NCBI GenBank assembly: GCA_965198005.1
Contig: CBDAOI010000004.1
Coordinates: forward strand, 1,728,001 to 1,792,000
Length of the DNA: 64,000 nucleotides
DNA from: Spirochaetia bacterium
GTDB taxonomy: Bacteria > Spirochaetota > Spirochaetia > SZUA-6 > Bin103
Reading direction: 5' to 3'
Shown: positions 8,846 to 19,327 of the stretch, piece after piece
Layout of the letters: each line of letters opens with the position of its first letter
Numbering within the stretch: the first letter of the stretch is position 1
Notes under the pieces: generated by a model
What the model saw: only the letters and a program-made list of their open reading frames with translations
The model's database searches: none
What the model was told of the DNA's origin: nothing
Translations under genes and position numbers: made by a program

Positions 8846-10683
8846 CTACATCCGCTCCAGGGGGTCGATCCCGATCAGCCTGAGGCAGTTGGCCAGCACC
8901 TGACGGGTGGCGGCCGCCAGCAGCAGGCGCGCCTCACGCAGCGGCGGCGGCGCTTGCAGGATCGGGCACGCGTGGTAGAAGGTCGAGAACTGGCGGGCCA
9001 CTGCGAAGGTGTAGCCGGCGATGACGTGCGGACTGCGCACCCGCAGGGCGCGCGTTACCTGCTCCGGGAGCGTCTCAAGCAGCTTGACCAACTCCAGCTC
9101 CTCGACCATCTCCAGCGCCGCGAACGCGGTGTCGGCCGCAGCCGGAAGGGCGCCGCCGTACTTGCGCAGGATCGAGCAGATGCGTGCGTGGCTGTACAGC
9201 AGGTAGGGACCGCTCTCGCCCTCGAACGACATCGCGCTGGCCCAGTCGAACACCACCTGCTTGTCGTTGGCCACGCGCAGGAAGGAGTACTTCAGCGCGC
9301 TGTATGCCACCGTCGCCGCCACCACCGGGTCGGCAGGGTGGCCGCGGGCGGCCAGCTCGGCCGCGGCCTTGCGCTTGGCCTCGGCCGTGAACTCCTCGAG
9401 CAGCACGACGTTGCCCTGGCGGGTGGACATCGACTCCTTGCCCAGGATCACGTAGCTGTAGTGGACGGCGGCCGGGGCGGGCAGGGAGAGCGCCGCCTCG
9501 GACCCCAGCAGGGAGAGCGCCGCTGGAGCTGGCGGTGGTACAGCTTCTGATCCTCGCCCAGCACCACCAGGTTGAGATCGGCGGCCGCGGCCACCTTGTC
9601 CAGGGTGTAGGCGATATCGCGCAGCACGTAGAGCGAGGTCTTGTTGCCGCGGGTGATCACCAGCACCGGGTTGCGTGACGGGAGGTCGAACCCGTCCAGG
9701 TCGAGTACCAGGCGGCCGTGCTCATCCTCGAACAGCTTGCCGGTGGCGCGCAGCCGCTCCACGATCTCGAGGTAGCGGGCGGGCGTGAGGTAGTCCGATT
9801 CGTAATCGAAGCGGTCGTAGTGCACGCCGGCGTCGGCGAAAATCTGTTCCATGCCGCGCACCGAGATCTCCACCACGCGCCGAAACGCGGCGCGCGTGGA
9901 TTGATCGCCGCTCTCCAGGCGCTCGAGCAGCTTGTCCACCTGGTCGGTCAACTCCGGTTCCCGCTCGAGCCGGCGGTTCATTCCCACGTAGATTTCCAGC
10001 AGCTCGGCAAACGTGGGGGTGGCATCCCCCACGCCCAGGGTGAGCAGCGCGATCTGGCGGCCGACGTCGTTGACGAAGAAGCGGACCTGCAGGCCGTAGC
10101 CCTCGAATCGGAGCAGCCGTACCAGGGTGTCGCCGATCCAGGCGTTGCGCGCGCGCCCCAGGTGGGGGGAGGCGTTGGGATTGATGCTGGTGTGCTCCAC
10201 CAGCGCCTGTTGGCCCAGCCCCGACCCGGTGGCGCCGTAGCGCTCGCCCTGCTCCAGCACGGTGCTGATGACCCGCGCCGCGAGGTCGCCCTTGCGCAGG
10301 TGGAAGTTGAGGTAGGGGCCGCGGGTTTCCACCCGGGCGATGCCGAGCGCCGCCAGATCGGTTTGCTGAAGCAGATGCAGAAGTTGAGCCGCCAGCGCCA
10401 CCGGCTTCTGGGCGACCTGTTGCGCGAGGCGGAAGCACGGCACCGCGTAGTCGCCGAGCGCCGGGTCGGGCGGCGTGGTGAGCGGGATCTCCAGGGCGGC
10501 GCCGGCGGCTGGATCGGGGCTGGTCGTACCCGGCTGCGCGTTGGCGGCGGCTACCTGGTGCACCGCCGCGCGGACGATGCGCGTGATCGCGGCGGTCACG
10601 TGACCCGAAGAAGCTGCCCCGGTGGCCGCGCGTCGCTGTTCAAGGTCTTCCGTCTTACCGGGTGACCGTGCCGGCTGATCCAC
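8846..10683 (-). pseudogene. argS: Arginine--tRNA ligase, frameshifted at about 9524 (pseudogene or sequence error)
   Basis: LGDYA, GPYLNF, EHTSINPNASPHLGRARN (HIGH-like), MSTRQG (KMSKS-like), FEGESGPYLLYSHARICSI and C-terminal ERM, split across ORFs 9448..10683 and 8846..9451. Confidence 0.88.
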
Positions 10684-10769
10684 AGTGGCGCGACCTTACC
10701 CAATTCCCCGCCGTATCACAACGGCGCGCCGGCGCTGGACCCATCGCCGGATGCGGCTTGCCCTCCTTG

Positions 10770-10997
10770 GACTTGAAGCTGAAGGCGCCGGACGATCTCG
10801 AAACCGCACTCGAACAGGAGCGCTTTCAGCACCTGCCGATCACGGTCCGCCACGCGCTGGCGGTGGCCGAGTTGCCGGCGATCCATGGTGACCCCTTCGA
10901 CCGCATCCGGATCGCGCAAGCTCGTCCGGAGGGTCTGACCATCGTCACCCGCGACGCCACGATCCCCCGCTACAACGTGCCATGCCTGCGCGGGTGA
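10770..10997 (+). pseudogene. VapC/PIN toxin, C-terminal fragment
   Basis: LPITVRHA...LPAIHGDPFDR..IAQA..EGLTIVTRD; the N-terminal LLDT motif is absent. Confidence 0.8.
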
Positions 10998-11005
10998 ACG
11001 CCTGC

Positions 11006-11369
11006 ATGGAATCTCGGGCGTTCGAATATGGTACTGGCGCCTCGGCGCGGTGGCTGGCCGACAGGGCCGCCGGCGGCGGCCTTGAGCCGACGCTGGAGAG
11101 AGTTCCCTTCGACCGCCTCGACCCCGGCTTGGCCTACGTGGAGACCGGCGGCCGCAGGGCCGCGGGCGTACCCCTGTTCGACGGCGGCCTGACCGGGCCG
11201 GAGGGTGTCTCAGGCCCGTTGGGTGCCCTGGGCTCCGGCTCGGTCATCGGCGTAACCGAGCTGGGTGCCGGGCCGACGCCCCGCTTCCTCGATGCGCGCC
11301 GCGCGCGCCAACACGACGCCATCGTCGTGGTGACACCCACCGGGCCGGGCGTCGCCTTGATGAACGCCG
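11006..11369 (+). pseudogene. Fragment of a hypothetical (possibly peptidase-like) gene, cut by the DppC duplicate
   Basis: Protein-like frame ...GVPLFDGGLTGPEGVSGPLG...PGVALMNA ends exactly at the junction with the DppC copy. Confidence 0.4.
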
Positions 11370-11937
11370 GCACGTGGCGCATGAGGGTTCTCCACCTGGT
11401 GCTGCCGATCGCCTCTGCCGCCTGAAAATAGATGTTCTCCTTTACCCCGATCACCGCACCGCGGACCACTCTCGAGGCGCCAATGCCGCCCGTTACCCCC
11501 AGCACCACGATGATCTGCGGCAGCACGCCCCGCCCCACCAGCGACATTATCGTGAGCAACAGCAGCAGCCCCGGGAACGCCATCCAGGCGTCGACGAATC
11601 TCTGCACCGCCAGGTCCAGTTTGCCGCCGAAGAACCCCGAGATGCCGCCGATCAGCACCGCCACCACGACGTTGACCGTGGTCGCCGCCAGGCCGACGGT
11701 CAGCGAAATCCGGGCCCCGAAGACCAGGCGGCTCAGCAGGTCGCGCCCCAACTGGTCGGTCCCCAGCAGGTACCGGGCCGAGGGGGCCTGCATCCGGTCC
11801 ACGATGTTCACTTCATCATGCGGGAACGGCGCCAGCACGTCGGCAAGGATCGCCACCAGGATCAGCAGCAGGATGATAACCCCGGCGATGATGCTCAGTG
11901 GCTTCTCCTTGACCAGTCTGACAAAGAAATCATTCAT
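11370..11937 (-). pseudogene. DppC permease, 3'-truncated near-identical copy of 2797..3360
   Basis: Nucleotide sequence almost identical to the intact copy (a 3-bp insertion at about 11521 and a few SNPs) up to MRHV, then unrelated. Confidence 0.9.
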
Positions 11938-12889
11938 AGCGCACTCTGGGGTCGAGGACCGCGTAGACCAGGTCGATGAGCAGATTGATCCCTACCACCC
12001 CAGTGGCGAAAAACAGGTTGATGCCGGAGACCATCGGGTAGTCTCTGTCATTGAGGGCAGTCAGCAAGAGGCGCCCGAGCCCCGGCAGGTTGAAGATGTT
12101 CTCCATGATCACCGAGCCCCCCACCAGAATCGGCAACTGCAGGCCGATCAGGGACACCACCGGGATGAGGGCATTCTTGACCGCGTGTCGGATTACCACG
12201 GCCCGCTCCCGCAAGCCCTTCGCCCAGGCCGTCCTGATAAAATCCTGCCGCAGCACCTCCAGCATCATGGTGCGCGTCATCCGCATCGTGGCGGCAGCCG
12301 CGGCGGTGCCCAGAATCAGGCTGGGAATGATGAACACCGCCAGATTCCCTAGCGGGTTTTCGGTGAAGGAAACCAGTTCCAGCGGCGGCGCCCAGCCCCA
12401 CCAGATAGCCGGGTAGATCATCACCATGATACCCAGCCAGAAGTTGGGCGTGGCCAGGCCGATGATGGCGACCGAGCGCCCCAGGAAGTCGGCGGCGGTA
12501 TCCTGGCGAATCGCCGAGTAGATGCCCACCGGCAGCGCGATCACCAGCCCGATGATGATTGCCAGCAACCCGAGTTCAACGGTGACCGGCAGTCTCTCCA
12601 TTACCCTCTCCGTCACCGCCCCGCGACCCATCAGTGATTCACCAAGGCTGCCGTGCAGGAAAATATCGCCGATCCAGCGTCCATACTGCACCCAGACCGG
12701 CACGTCCAATCCCAGCCGACGCTCGAGATCCGCACGGTCAATACCCCCCGTTACCAGCCACTCACTGCGCGCCTCCAGTGCGTCTATGACATCGCCGGGG
12801 ATGAAACGGACCGAGAGAAAGACCAGGATGCTCAATATGAAAAGTGTCGGGAGGATCAGCAGTAGCCGCCTCGTGATATAGGCTTTCAC
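11930..12889 (-). CDS. Peptide/nickel ABC transporter permease (DppB/OppB type)
   Basis: Full-length paralog of 4485..5444, GTG start. Confidence 0.93.
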   Translation of the reverse strand: MKAYITRRLLLILPTLFILSILVFLSVRFIPGDVIDALEARSEWLVTGGIDRADLERRLGLDVPVWVQYGRWIGDIFLHGSLGESLMGRGAVTERVMERLPVTVELGLLAIIIGLVIALPVGIYSAIRQDTAADFLGRSVAIIGLATPNFWLGIMVMIYPAIWWGWAPPLELVSFTENPLGNLAVFIIPSLILGTAAAAATMRMTRTMMLEVLRQDFIRTAWAKGLRERAVVIRHAVKNALIPVVSLIGLQLPILVGGSVIMENIFNLPGLGRLLLTALNDRDYPMVSGINLFFATGVVGINLLIDLVYAVLDPRVRYE

Positions 12890-12996
12890 GTGCACACCCT
12901 ATTCAATGAGCGAGGGGCTGGGAGACGGCGCTCGGAAACCGCGTCCGAGCGCGCCTCCAGCCCCCATTCACGTAGGTCAGTAGGGGAGGGCTCCCT

Positions 12997-14799
12997 CTAG
13001 TGACCCATTGCTTCCTTCAGCGCGCTATCAATCCAGAGGCGCGTGAAAACAGTCGCGGCTTTATGGCTTCCTACAAGGCCCTCCCCGTTATAACCTATGA
13101 GCCACGGCTGGGCAACATTGAACAACGGGGGGATAACAGCCCATATCTGCCAGAACCGAGCCAGCGCATACTGATCCAACTCTCCAGCTATCCTGTTCCG
13201 CTCATCGAGGGTGGCAGCGGCCAACACGGCGTCATGAAGGGCATCATATGCCGGATCGTCGACATTGGAGGTGTTGTAATTTGCCGTCGACTTGAAGCGA
13301 CCAGAAATATCCGGCACGTTCCAGTCTACAGCCATTTCCGAGTTGATCATTTCGAAATCTCTTCCCGATCTCTTGGCGATCCAGTTAGACCGTTCTTCTA
13401 CGGTAATCTCTACGTCGATGCCGACCTTGCCCCAGTATGAAGCGGCCAACTGCATGTAGTTCAAATCTCTATCCGGGAGTTGCGACATCTCGGCCTTGAA
13501 TCTGATGCCGTCCGCCCCGCGCGGATACCCGGCCTCATCAAGCAACGTTTCGGCACCGTCCGGGTCATACTTAAAGCCATTCTTGACCTCATCGGGCCAC
13601 TCTTCGAATGGGGTGGCAATCGCCGTTAAGAATCGGTTTGCCGCTCCCTGGGGTGTCGTAACCCCCAAGCCCCGGTAGAGAGCGTTGTTTGCTTCATCAA
13701 GGTTTATGGCCATCTGCATTGCCTTGCGCACTCTGACGTCGGAAAAATGGGGCAATTGAACGTTCAGACCAACAGCACTGTCCGACCGAGCGTAATACGG
13801 ATATAGCACGAGTTCGGGGTTAGTCCGCTCGAGGTTGCCTATCTGGTCGAGACTTCTGATAGGAGAGTTGCCGATCCTTCCTACGTAATCAACCTGACCT
13901 GTGCGCAGCGCCGCCAGTCTTGTTGCCGCTTCGGGCATAACCAGGGCCCTTAACCGGTCAATATAGGGCAAGCGGTTCTCCGGGTATTTTTCGTCGGTGC
14001 GCCAGTAATCAGGATTCTTGTCCCAGGTGATAGAGGTGCCCTCGGTCCAGTCAGTCAGCATCATGGGTCCGGTGCCGACCAGGTTCCTCCAATCATGAGC
14101 GTCCCCATATTCTTTGATCACCTCGGGAGGGTATGTCCAGTAGGCGTGCCCGTCGAGGATAGGTAGCAGCGCACCGAGGTTTGGCTCCTTCAGCTTAAAG
14201 ACAACCGTCCAATTGTCGGTGGCCGTTATCGATTCCAATTGCACACCCCTCCATTGGATCGCATTGACGCTCGGTTCGGTGAAACCGCTGCCCGTACCGG
14301 TAAAACGGTGGTAATTGTATACGATGTCGTCGGCAGTCAGCTCGCGGCCGTTCATCGGCGGCTTATCATGCCAGTGAACGCCCTGGCGGACCTTGATGAC
14401 ATACGTCAGTGGGTCGGGCTGCGACCAGCTCTCGGCCAGCGCCCCTATCGTGTGATTTGGAGGGATGTGATTCAGGAAGTCCCACTCATCCCGGGGCGTT
14501 GCCCAATCCCCCCAGGCCAGCTTCTCCAAAACGGGGGCAACGACCTCAAGCGCACCGTGATCGCTAAGCACGGCGTCAGGACTCGCAGGGTCGTCCAGGA
14601 GGGTGTAGGTTATTGTCCCGCCGTACTGGGGTGCCACCACCATCTTGCCGGTGGAGGGGTCCAGCACCATTTCCTTGTCCATCGCCGCGGCCGGCTCCTC
14701 TTCCTCCGCAGCGCCGGCCCAGAGGCCGGTTGCGGTCAGCACGACCCCAAACAGCACCGCGAGGCACGTCTTGGTCGTCTTGGTCAATCCGCTACTCAT
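12997..14799 (-). CDS. ABC transporter substrate-binding protein, family 5
   Basis: Paralog of 5549..7324: GLWAGAAEE, PQYGGT, VRQGVHWHD, VGTGP and DVRVRKAMQMAIN. Confidence 0.92.
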   Translation of the reverse strand: MSSGLTKTTKTCLAVLFGVVLTATGLWAGAAEEEEPAAAMDKEMVLDPSTGKMVVAPQYGGTITYTLLDDPASPDAVLSDHGALEVVAPVLEKLAWGDWATPRDEWDFLNHIPPNHTIGALAESWSQPDPLTYVIKVRQGVHWHDKPPMNGRELTADDIVYNYHRFTGTGSGFTEPSVNAIQWRGVQLESITATDNWTVVFKLKEPNLGALLPILDGHAYWTYPPEVIKEYGDAHDWRNLVGTGPMMLTDWTEGTSITWDKNPDYWRTDEKYPENRLPYIDRLRALVMPEAATRLAALRTGQVDYVGRIGNSPIRSLDQIGNLERTNPELVLYPYYARSDSAVGLNVQLPHFSDVRVRKAMQMAINLDEANNALYRGLGVTTPQGAANRFLTAIATPFEEWPDEVKNGFKYDPDGAETLLDEAGYPRGADGIRFKAEMSQLPDRDLNYMQLAASYWGKVGIDVEITVEERSNWIAKRSGRDFEMINSEMAVDWNVPDISGRFKSTANYNTSNVDDPAYDALHDAVLAAATLDERNRIAGELDQYALARFWQIWAVIPPLFNVAQPWLIGYNGEGLVGSHKAATVFTRLWIDSALKEAMGH

Positions 14800-15464
14800 A
14801 GTGTAGATCTCCTGTTGTTTGGGAGTACTCGGGTCACTGCCGGTCCTTCGCCTACTCCCGAGGTACGGCCTGCAGTGCAGGCGACCCGAAAGCGAAGGGC
14901 GGCAGGCGGGAGCGCCCGGTCGGCGGGGGCCGCTCGGGCTTGATCCGCTCTATCCGTATACGGTCAGGATCTGCATCCGGGTGCGGGCTCCTCCTGGTAC
15001 GACTGCGAACGCCGCCCGTCCGGAGTGACACCAAGGGTCGTGTGACCCCAGGGAATGGGAGGCGGTGAGCAGGGAGTGTGCTGGGCCGGCAACGCCGGCG
15101 CTGGGCGTGTTTGGGAACGAGCTGCCCCCGGGTGGGGTTCGGTAGGTCGCGATCGTGGGCGAAGGAGAGGGCGCGCCGCCCCTGCGGTCAGCGGTTCTCG
15201 GCTATCTGAACAACTGGGGGGGGGGGACTCCTCACCATTAAGCAAGCCCGCCGCGAGCTGATTTTCAGCAATTCTCGGCGAGCGGCTGTCAGGGGAACAG
15301 AGTGTCATAAGCGTTGACGTGTTATAAGTCACTCAAGCCCTCCGCAGGTGAGGCACAGCTATACCCAGATGTAGTCGCGATTGACTGCATCCACCCTATC
15401 ATAACCTCCACTCCCGTGAACGTCAACCACGAATCGGCCCAGCCGGCCCAACTGCTTGAAGCGG

Positions 15465-15508
15465 GGATGCAGGGGGTCGGGGAGATCGCGTACGGAGATG
15501 GTTGCCAT
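15465..15508 (-). pseudogene. FitA/Arc-like ribbon-helix-helix antitoxin N-terminal stub
   Basis: MATISVRDLPDPLH, then unrelated sequence. Confidence 0.45.
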
Positions 15509-15607
15509 CAAAGCGATACTAACATACATTAATAGATGTGAAGGATATATTAAGCATACTTTTTCGCGGCCGCGTAGTGTGAAGGCTACGGCTTCGGGAG
15601 CAGGTTC

Positions 15608-17008
15608 ATGAAGCAGGGTGAGGTTCAACAGATGTTGACTGCCACCAACCGGTGGTGGCGCAATCCGCGTGATTGGCCGCGGGACGACCCCGATCTACGG
15701 GAGGCCGATGGCGCGCCGTTCCGCTACGCGGCTGGTGTACTCGACGACTTGGCCCCGGGCGGCCTGTACGTGCTGCGCGGCCCGCGGCGCGTCGGCAAGT
15801 CGGTAGAGATCAAACGCACCATCGAGGTGCTGATTGCCTCCGGGATCGCGCCCCGCGGCATCGTGCACGCCGCGGTCGACGGCTGGCGTGCAGCAGATCT
15901 GGGGCGGCTGGTGAGCGCCGCGGGGCTGCTGATGCCGCGCGCCGGCCGGCGGTGCTGGTTCATCGACGAGATCACCGGGATTACCGACGGCTGGCCCGAA
16001 CAGATCAAGTGGCTGCGCGACAACGATGCCCAGTTCCGCAACGATACGGTCGTGCTCACGGGCTCATCGGCAAGCAACCTCACGGCATCGGTCAAGGCGC
16101 TTGCCGGCAGACGCGGAACGGCCGGCGATCCCGACCGCGTGTTGCTGCCGATGGGATTCCGGACCTTCATGCGGCTGGTCGCGGACGAGCCGGTCGACAC
16201 CGACATCGGTCCGCTGCGCGTGGCCGACCTGACCCCACGCCTGCTGGCGGATGCGGCGCACGCCCTGGCGCCCTGGCTGCACGCGCTCGTCGATGCGTGG
16301 GAGGGGTACCTCCTGGCCGGCGGCTTCCCGGCAGCGGTGGCAAGCTACATCGACGCGCGGGAGGTTGCCCCGCCGTTGGTCCGCGGGCTGGTCGACGTGG
16401 TTCACGGCGACGCTTTCCGGCGTGCCGACTGGTCGCGGGCACAGACCACCGCATTCATGCACCGGATTGCGCAGGGCTTGTGCGCGCCGGTCAACATCTC
16501 CGCGGTGGCCGACGACATCGGGGTCTCGTCGTCCAGCGTCCGGCGGCGGCTCGACGAGCTGCGGGAGGCGTTCGTGGTGTGGCCGTGCTACCGGGAGGAT
16601 GCACTACGACCGAAGCTGAGCGCGCAGGCGAAGGTTTACTTTACCGATCCGGTCTACGCACGACTCGAGGTCGACGTGACCCCCGACGCAAGCGTCCTGT
16701 CCGAGCAGCAACTTGGGATGGCGCTCTGGCGCAGTTTTGACCGCGATCGAACGGGCAGCTACCTGGGCTTCGACCGCGTTCTGTACCATCGAACCCGGAC
16801 CCGTAGGGAGATCGATTTCGTCGGTCCCGAGTTCGGCGGCTGGGCCATCGAGTCGAAGTACGTCGACGGCCGTTGGCGGCGGGACGCGCAGACGCTGCGG
16901 GCATCCGGATGGCACGGCATTGTGGCCACGCGCTCCGAGTTGAACCTCGACAATTCCGAGGTGGCAGCCATCCCGGTGGCGCTGCTGGCTTGGCTGCTCG
17001 ATAGTTGA
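15608..17008 (+). CDS. ATP-binding protein, AAA_14 + DUF4143 type
   Basis: Walker A GPRRVGKS, Walker B FIDEI, LTGS, GGFP, KVYFTD and EIDFV...IESK. Confidence 0.88.
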   Translation: MKQGEVQQMLTATNRWWRNPRDWPRDDPDLREADGAPFRYAAGVLDDLAPGGLYVLRGPRRVGKSVEIKRTIEVLIASGIAPRGIVHAAVDGWRAADLGRLVSAAGLLMPRAGRRCWFIDEITGITDGWPEQIKWLRDNDAQFRNDTVVLTGSSASNLTASVKALAGRRGTAGDPDRVLLPMGFRTFMRLVADEPVDTDIGPLRVADLTPRLLADAAHALAPWLHALVDAWEGYLLAGGFPAAVASYIDAREVAPPLVRGLVDVVHGDAFRRADWSRAQTTAFMHRIAQGLCAPVNISAVADDIGVSSSSVRRRLDELREAFVVWPCYREDALRPKLSAQAKVYFTDPVYARLEVDVTPDASVLSEQQLGMALWRSFDRDRTGSYLGFDRVLYHRTRTRREIDFVGPEFGGWAIESKYVDGRWRRDAQTLRASGWHGIVATRSELNLDNSEVAAIPVALLAWLLDS

Positions 17009-17032
17009 GGGGGGGGATCCGCAGCGAAAGCT

Positions 17033-17755
17033 TCACTCATAGCGTACCCTGGGGTCCAAGATGCCATAGACCAGGTCGATCAACAGATTGATCACCACCA
17101 CACTACGGCCCGCTCCTTCAGACCCTTCGCCCAGGCCGTCCTGATTAAGTCCTGCCGGAGCACTTCCAGCATCATGGTGCGGGTCATGCGCATGGTGGCG
17201 GCCGCCGCGGCCGTTCCCAGAATCAGGCTGGGAACGATGAACACCGCCAGATTCCCCAGCGGGTCTTTGATGAAAGGAACCAATTCCAGCGGCGGCGCCC
17301 AGCCAGAAGTTCGGCGTGGCCAGGCCGACGATGGCGACCGAGCGTCCCAGGAAGTCGGCGGCGGTATCCTGGCGAATCGCCGAGTAGATGCCCACCGGCA
17401 GCGCGATCACCAGCCCGATGATGATTGCCAGCAACCCGAGTTCAACGGTGACCGGCAGTCTCTCCATTACCCTCTCCTTCACCGCCCCGCGGCCCAACAG
17501 TGATTCGCCAAGGCTGCCGTGCAGGAAAATATCGCCGATCCAGCGTCCATACTGCACCCAGACCGGCACGTCCAATCCCAGTCGGCGCTCCAGAGCTGCA
17601 CGGTCGATTCCCCCCGTTACCAGCCACTCCATCCGCCCCTCCAGTGCGTCTATGACATCGCCGGGGATGAAGCGGACCGAAAGAAAGACCAGGATGCTCA
17701 AGATGAACAGCGTGGGCAGGATCAGCAATAGCCGCCGGATGACATAGGCCTTCAC
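17033..17755 (-). pseudogene. DppB permease with two internal deletions
   Basis: Close paralog of 11930..12889 lacking 41 bp at about 17300 and about 200 bp at about 17100. Confidence 0.9.
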
Positions 17756-17837
17756 GGCAACACCTTATTCGACGAGTGAGTCCGCACCGTCACCCCGTGA
17801 TTTGCAGGACCATGAAAAGCAATGCCCAGGCATCGTC

Positions 17838-18272
17838 CGCTTGGAGGTGTTGTAATTCGCTGTCGACTTGAAGCGACCGGTCATGTCCTGCGCGCGCCAG
17901 TTTACCGCCATTTCCGAGTTCATCATTTCGAAATCTCTTCCCGATCTCTTGGCGATCCAGTTAGACCGTTCTTTTACGGTAATCTCTACGTCGATGCCGA
18001 CCTTGCCCCAGTATGAAGCGACCAACTGCATGTAGTTGAAATCTCTATCCGGGAGTTGCGACATCTCGGCCTTGAATCTGGTACCGTCCGCCCCGCGCGG
18101 ATACCCGGCCTCATCAAGCAACGCCTCCGCACCGTCCGGGTCATACATGAAGCCATTCTTGACCTCTTCGGGCCACTGTTCGAATGGTGTGGCAATCGCC
18201 GATATGAATCGGTTTGCCGCTCCCTGGGGTGTCGTATCCCCCATGCCCCGGTAGAGAGCGTTGTTCGCTTCG
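17838..18272 (-). pseudogene. Internal fragment of a family 5 substrate-binding protein
   Basis: EANNALYRG...YDPDGAEALLDEAGY...FKSTANYNTS, highly similar to about 13265..13695. Confidence 0.88.
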
Positions 18273-18814
18273 TTTCCCATGAATGTCAAACCAAAAATGG
18301 CCCGGATGTGGCCCGGATGGCGTGACGTACTTGAGGCCATAGTTAGAGCCTGGTTTCCGGCGCCATGAGCAGAGCTGATTGCCGGCTACTAGAGGCAAGC
18401 GCCCGCTTCGGCGAGTTCGGCGATTTGGCGCAGCCCGTTATCCACGGGACGCGTCGAATATCGCGCTGACGTCGGCCGCGAACCCCTCCAGCAGGACTGA
18501 GCTGGCGCGTGTGCCGCGAGCGAACCGTTCCGCGGTGCGCCGATGGTCACCGGCGGCGCGATATGGCGACGGCCTCGGCACTCACAGGCGTCACCATCCT
18601 TGACTGGCGCAGCGGCGTCAAGCCCGGAGTCTCCGCGCTGGCGTCCCCGAGGGCGACAGAAGCGGGCATTATCGGTCGCTGGTATCGCCCCCGCGTGTCC
18701 CGTACGAGCAACCGCGTGGGTACATTCCGCCGGGACCACCCTGCATCACGGCCCCTTGGCCGGGCGGTGTAGGGTAGCGAGGAGGAGGCAGCAAAATGCA
18801 GTGTTGGTTTCTTC

Positions 18815-18934
18815 ATCGGAGTGCTTCAGTCCAATTCGTTGCCTCCTTGCACCGCTCCGACTGCTTCCGGCTGGAGCGACAGTTGCCGGGCGGGATTCGC
18901 ACCCGCTGGGATACAGCGCCTTTCCACGGCGCCC
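18815..18934 (-). mobile_element. Group II intron 5' (domain I) remnant
   Basis: Minus strand GGGCGCCGTGGAAAGGCGC...GGTGCGAATCCCGCCCGG...CGCTCCAGCCGGAAGCAGTCGGAGC...GGAGGCAACGAA...CTGAAGC resembles bacterial group II intron 5' ends; no RT ORF follows. Confidence 0.5.
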
Positions 18935-19033
18935 GTCAAGTTCCGGTTACGGCCGATCTGGACCAGTGGTTGGCAGAGCATGGAATCACGACCAGAAGGC
19001 CGGCGGCTGGTGCTCCCCCACCACCCGAATTCA

Positions 19034-19327
19034 TCAGGGAACGGATGTTGGGGGAATAGGCTGCGGCGGGCTGAAAGCGCTCCTGAGCTGCCACGCGATT
19101 TCCATCATACGGGCTTTACGGTATTGGACACCTGATTCAACATGCACGTTTTGGCAGATGTCGGCGTGGAAGCGGTTTACGAGAGTGCCCGAGTCGTAAA
19201 CACAGAACAGTCGTTTTCCGCCTTCCAGCAATCCCCGGACGTCCATGGTGCAGGTTGCGATGAACTGCAAGTAGCCTTTGTATCTTTCGTCGGTACGTTT
19301 GCTTGACATCAAAGGGTCGGGCCCCAT
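19034..19327 (-). CDS. Hypothetical protein, possibly partial
   Basis: Open frame coupled to the upstream gene; LFCVYDSG...FHADICQ. Confidence 0.45.
   Translation of the reverse strand: MGPDPLMSSKRTDERYKGYLQFIATCTMDVRGLLEGGKRLFCVYDSGTLVNRFHADICQNVHVESGVQYRKARMMEIAWQLRSAFSPPQPIPPTSVP

Noticed and set aside
15040-15345. G-run and IS-end-like motifs (GGTCGTGTGACCCC, GAGTGTCATAAG)
   Set aside because: Could not be paired into inverted repeats or tied to a transposase.
2491-18272. Diversity-generating retroelement behind the SBP/permease repeats
   Set aside because: There is no reverse transcriptase in the window, and the differences between copies are not adenine-specific.
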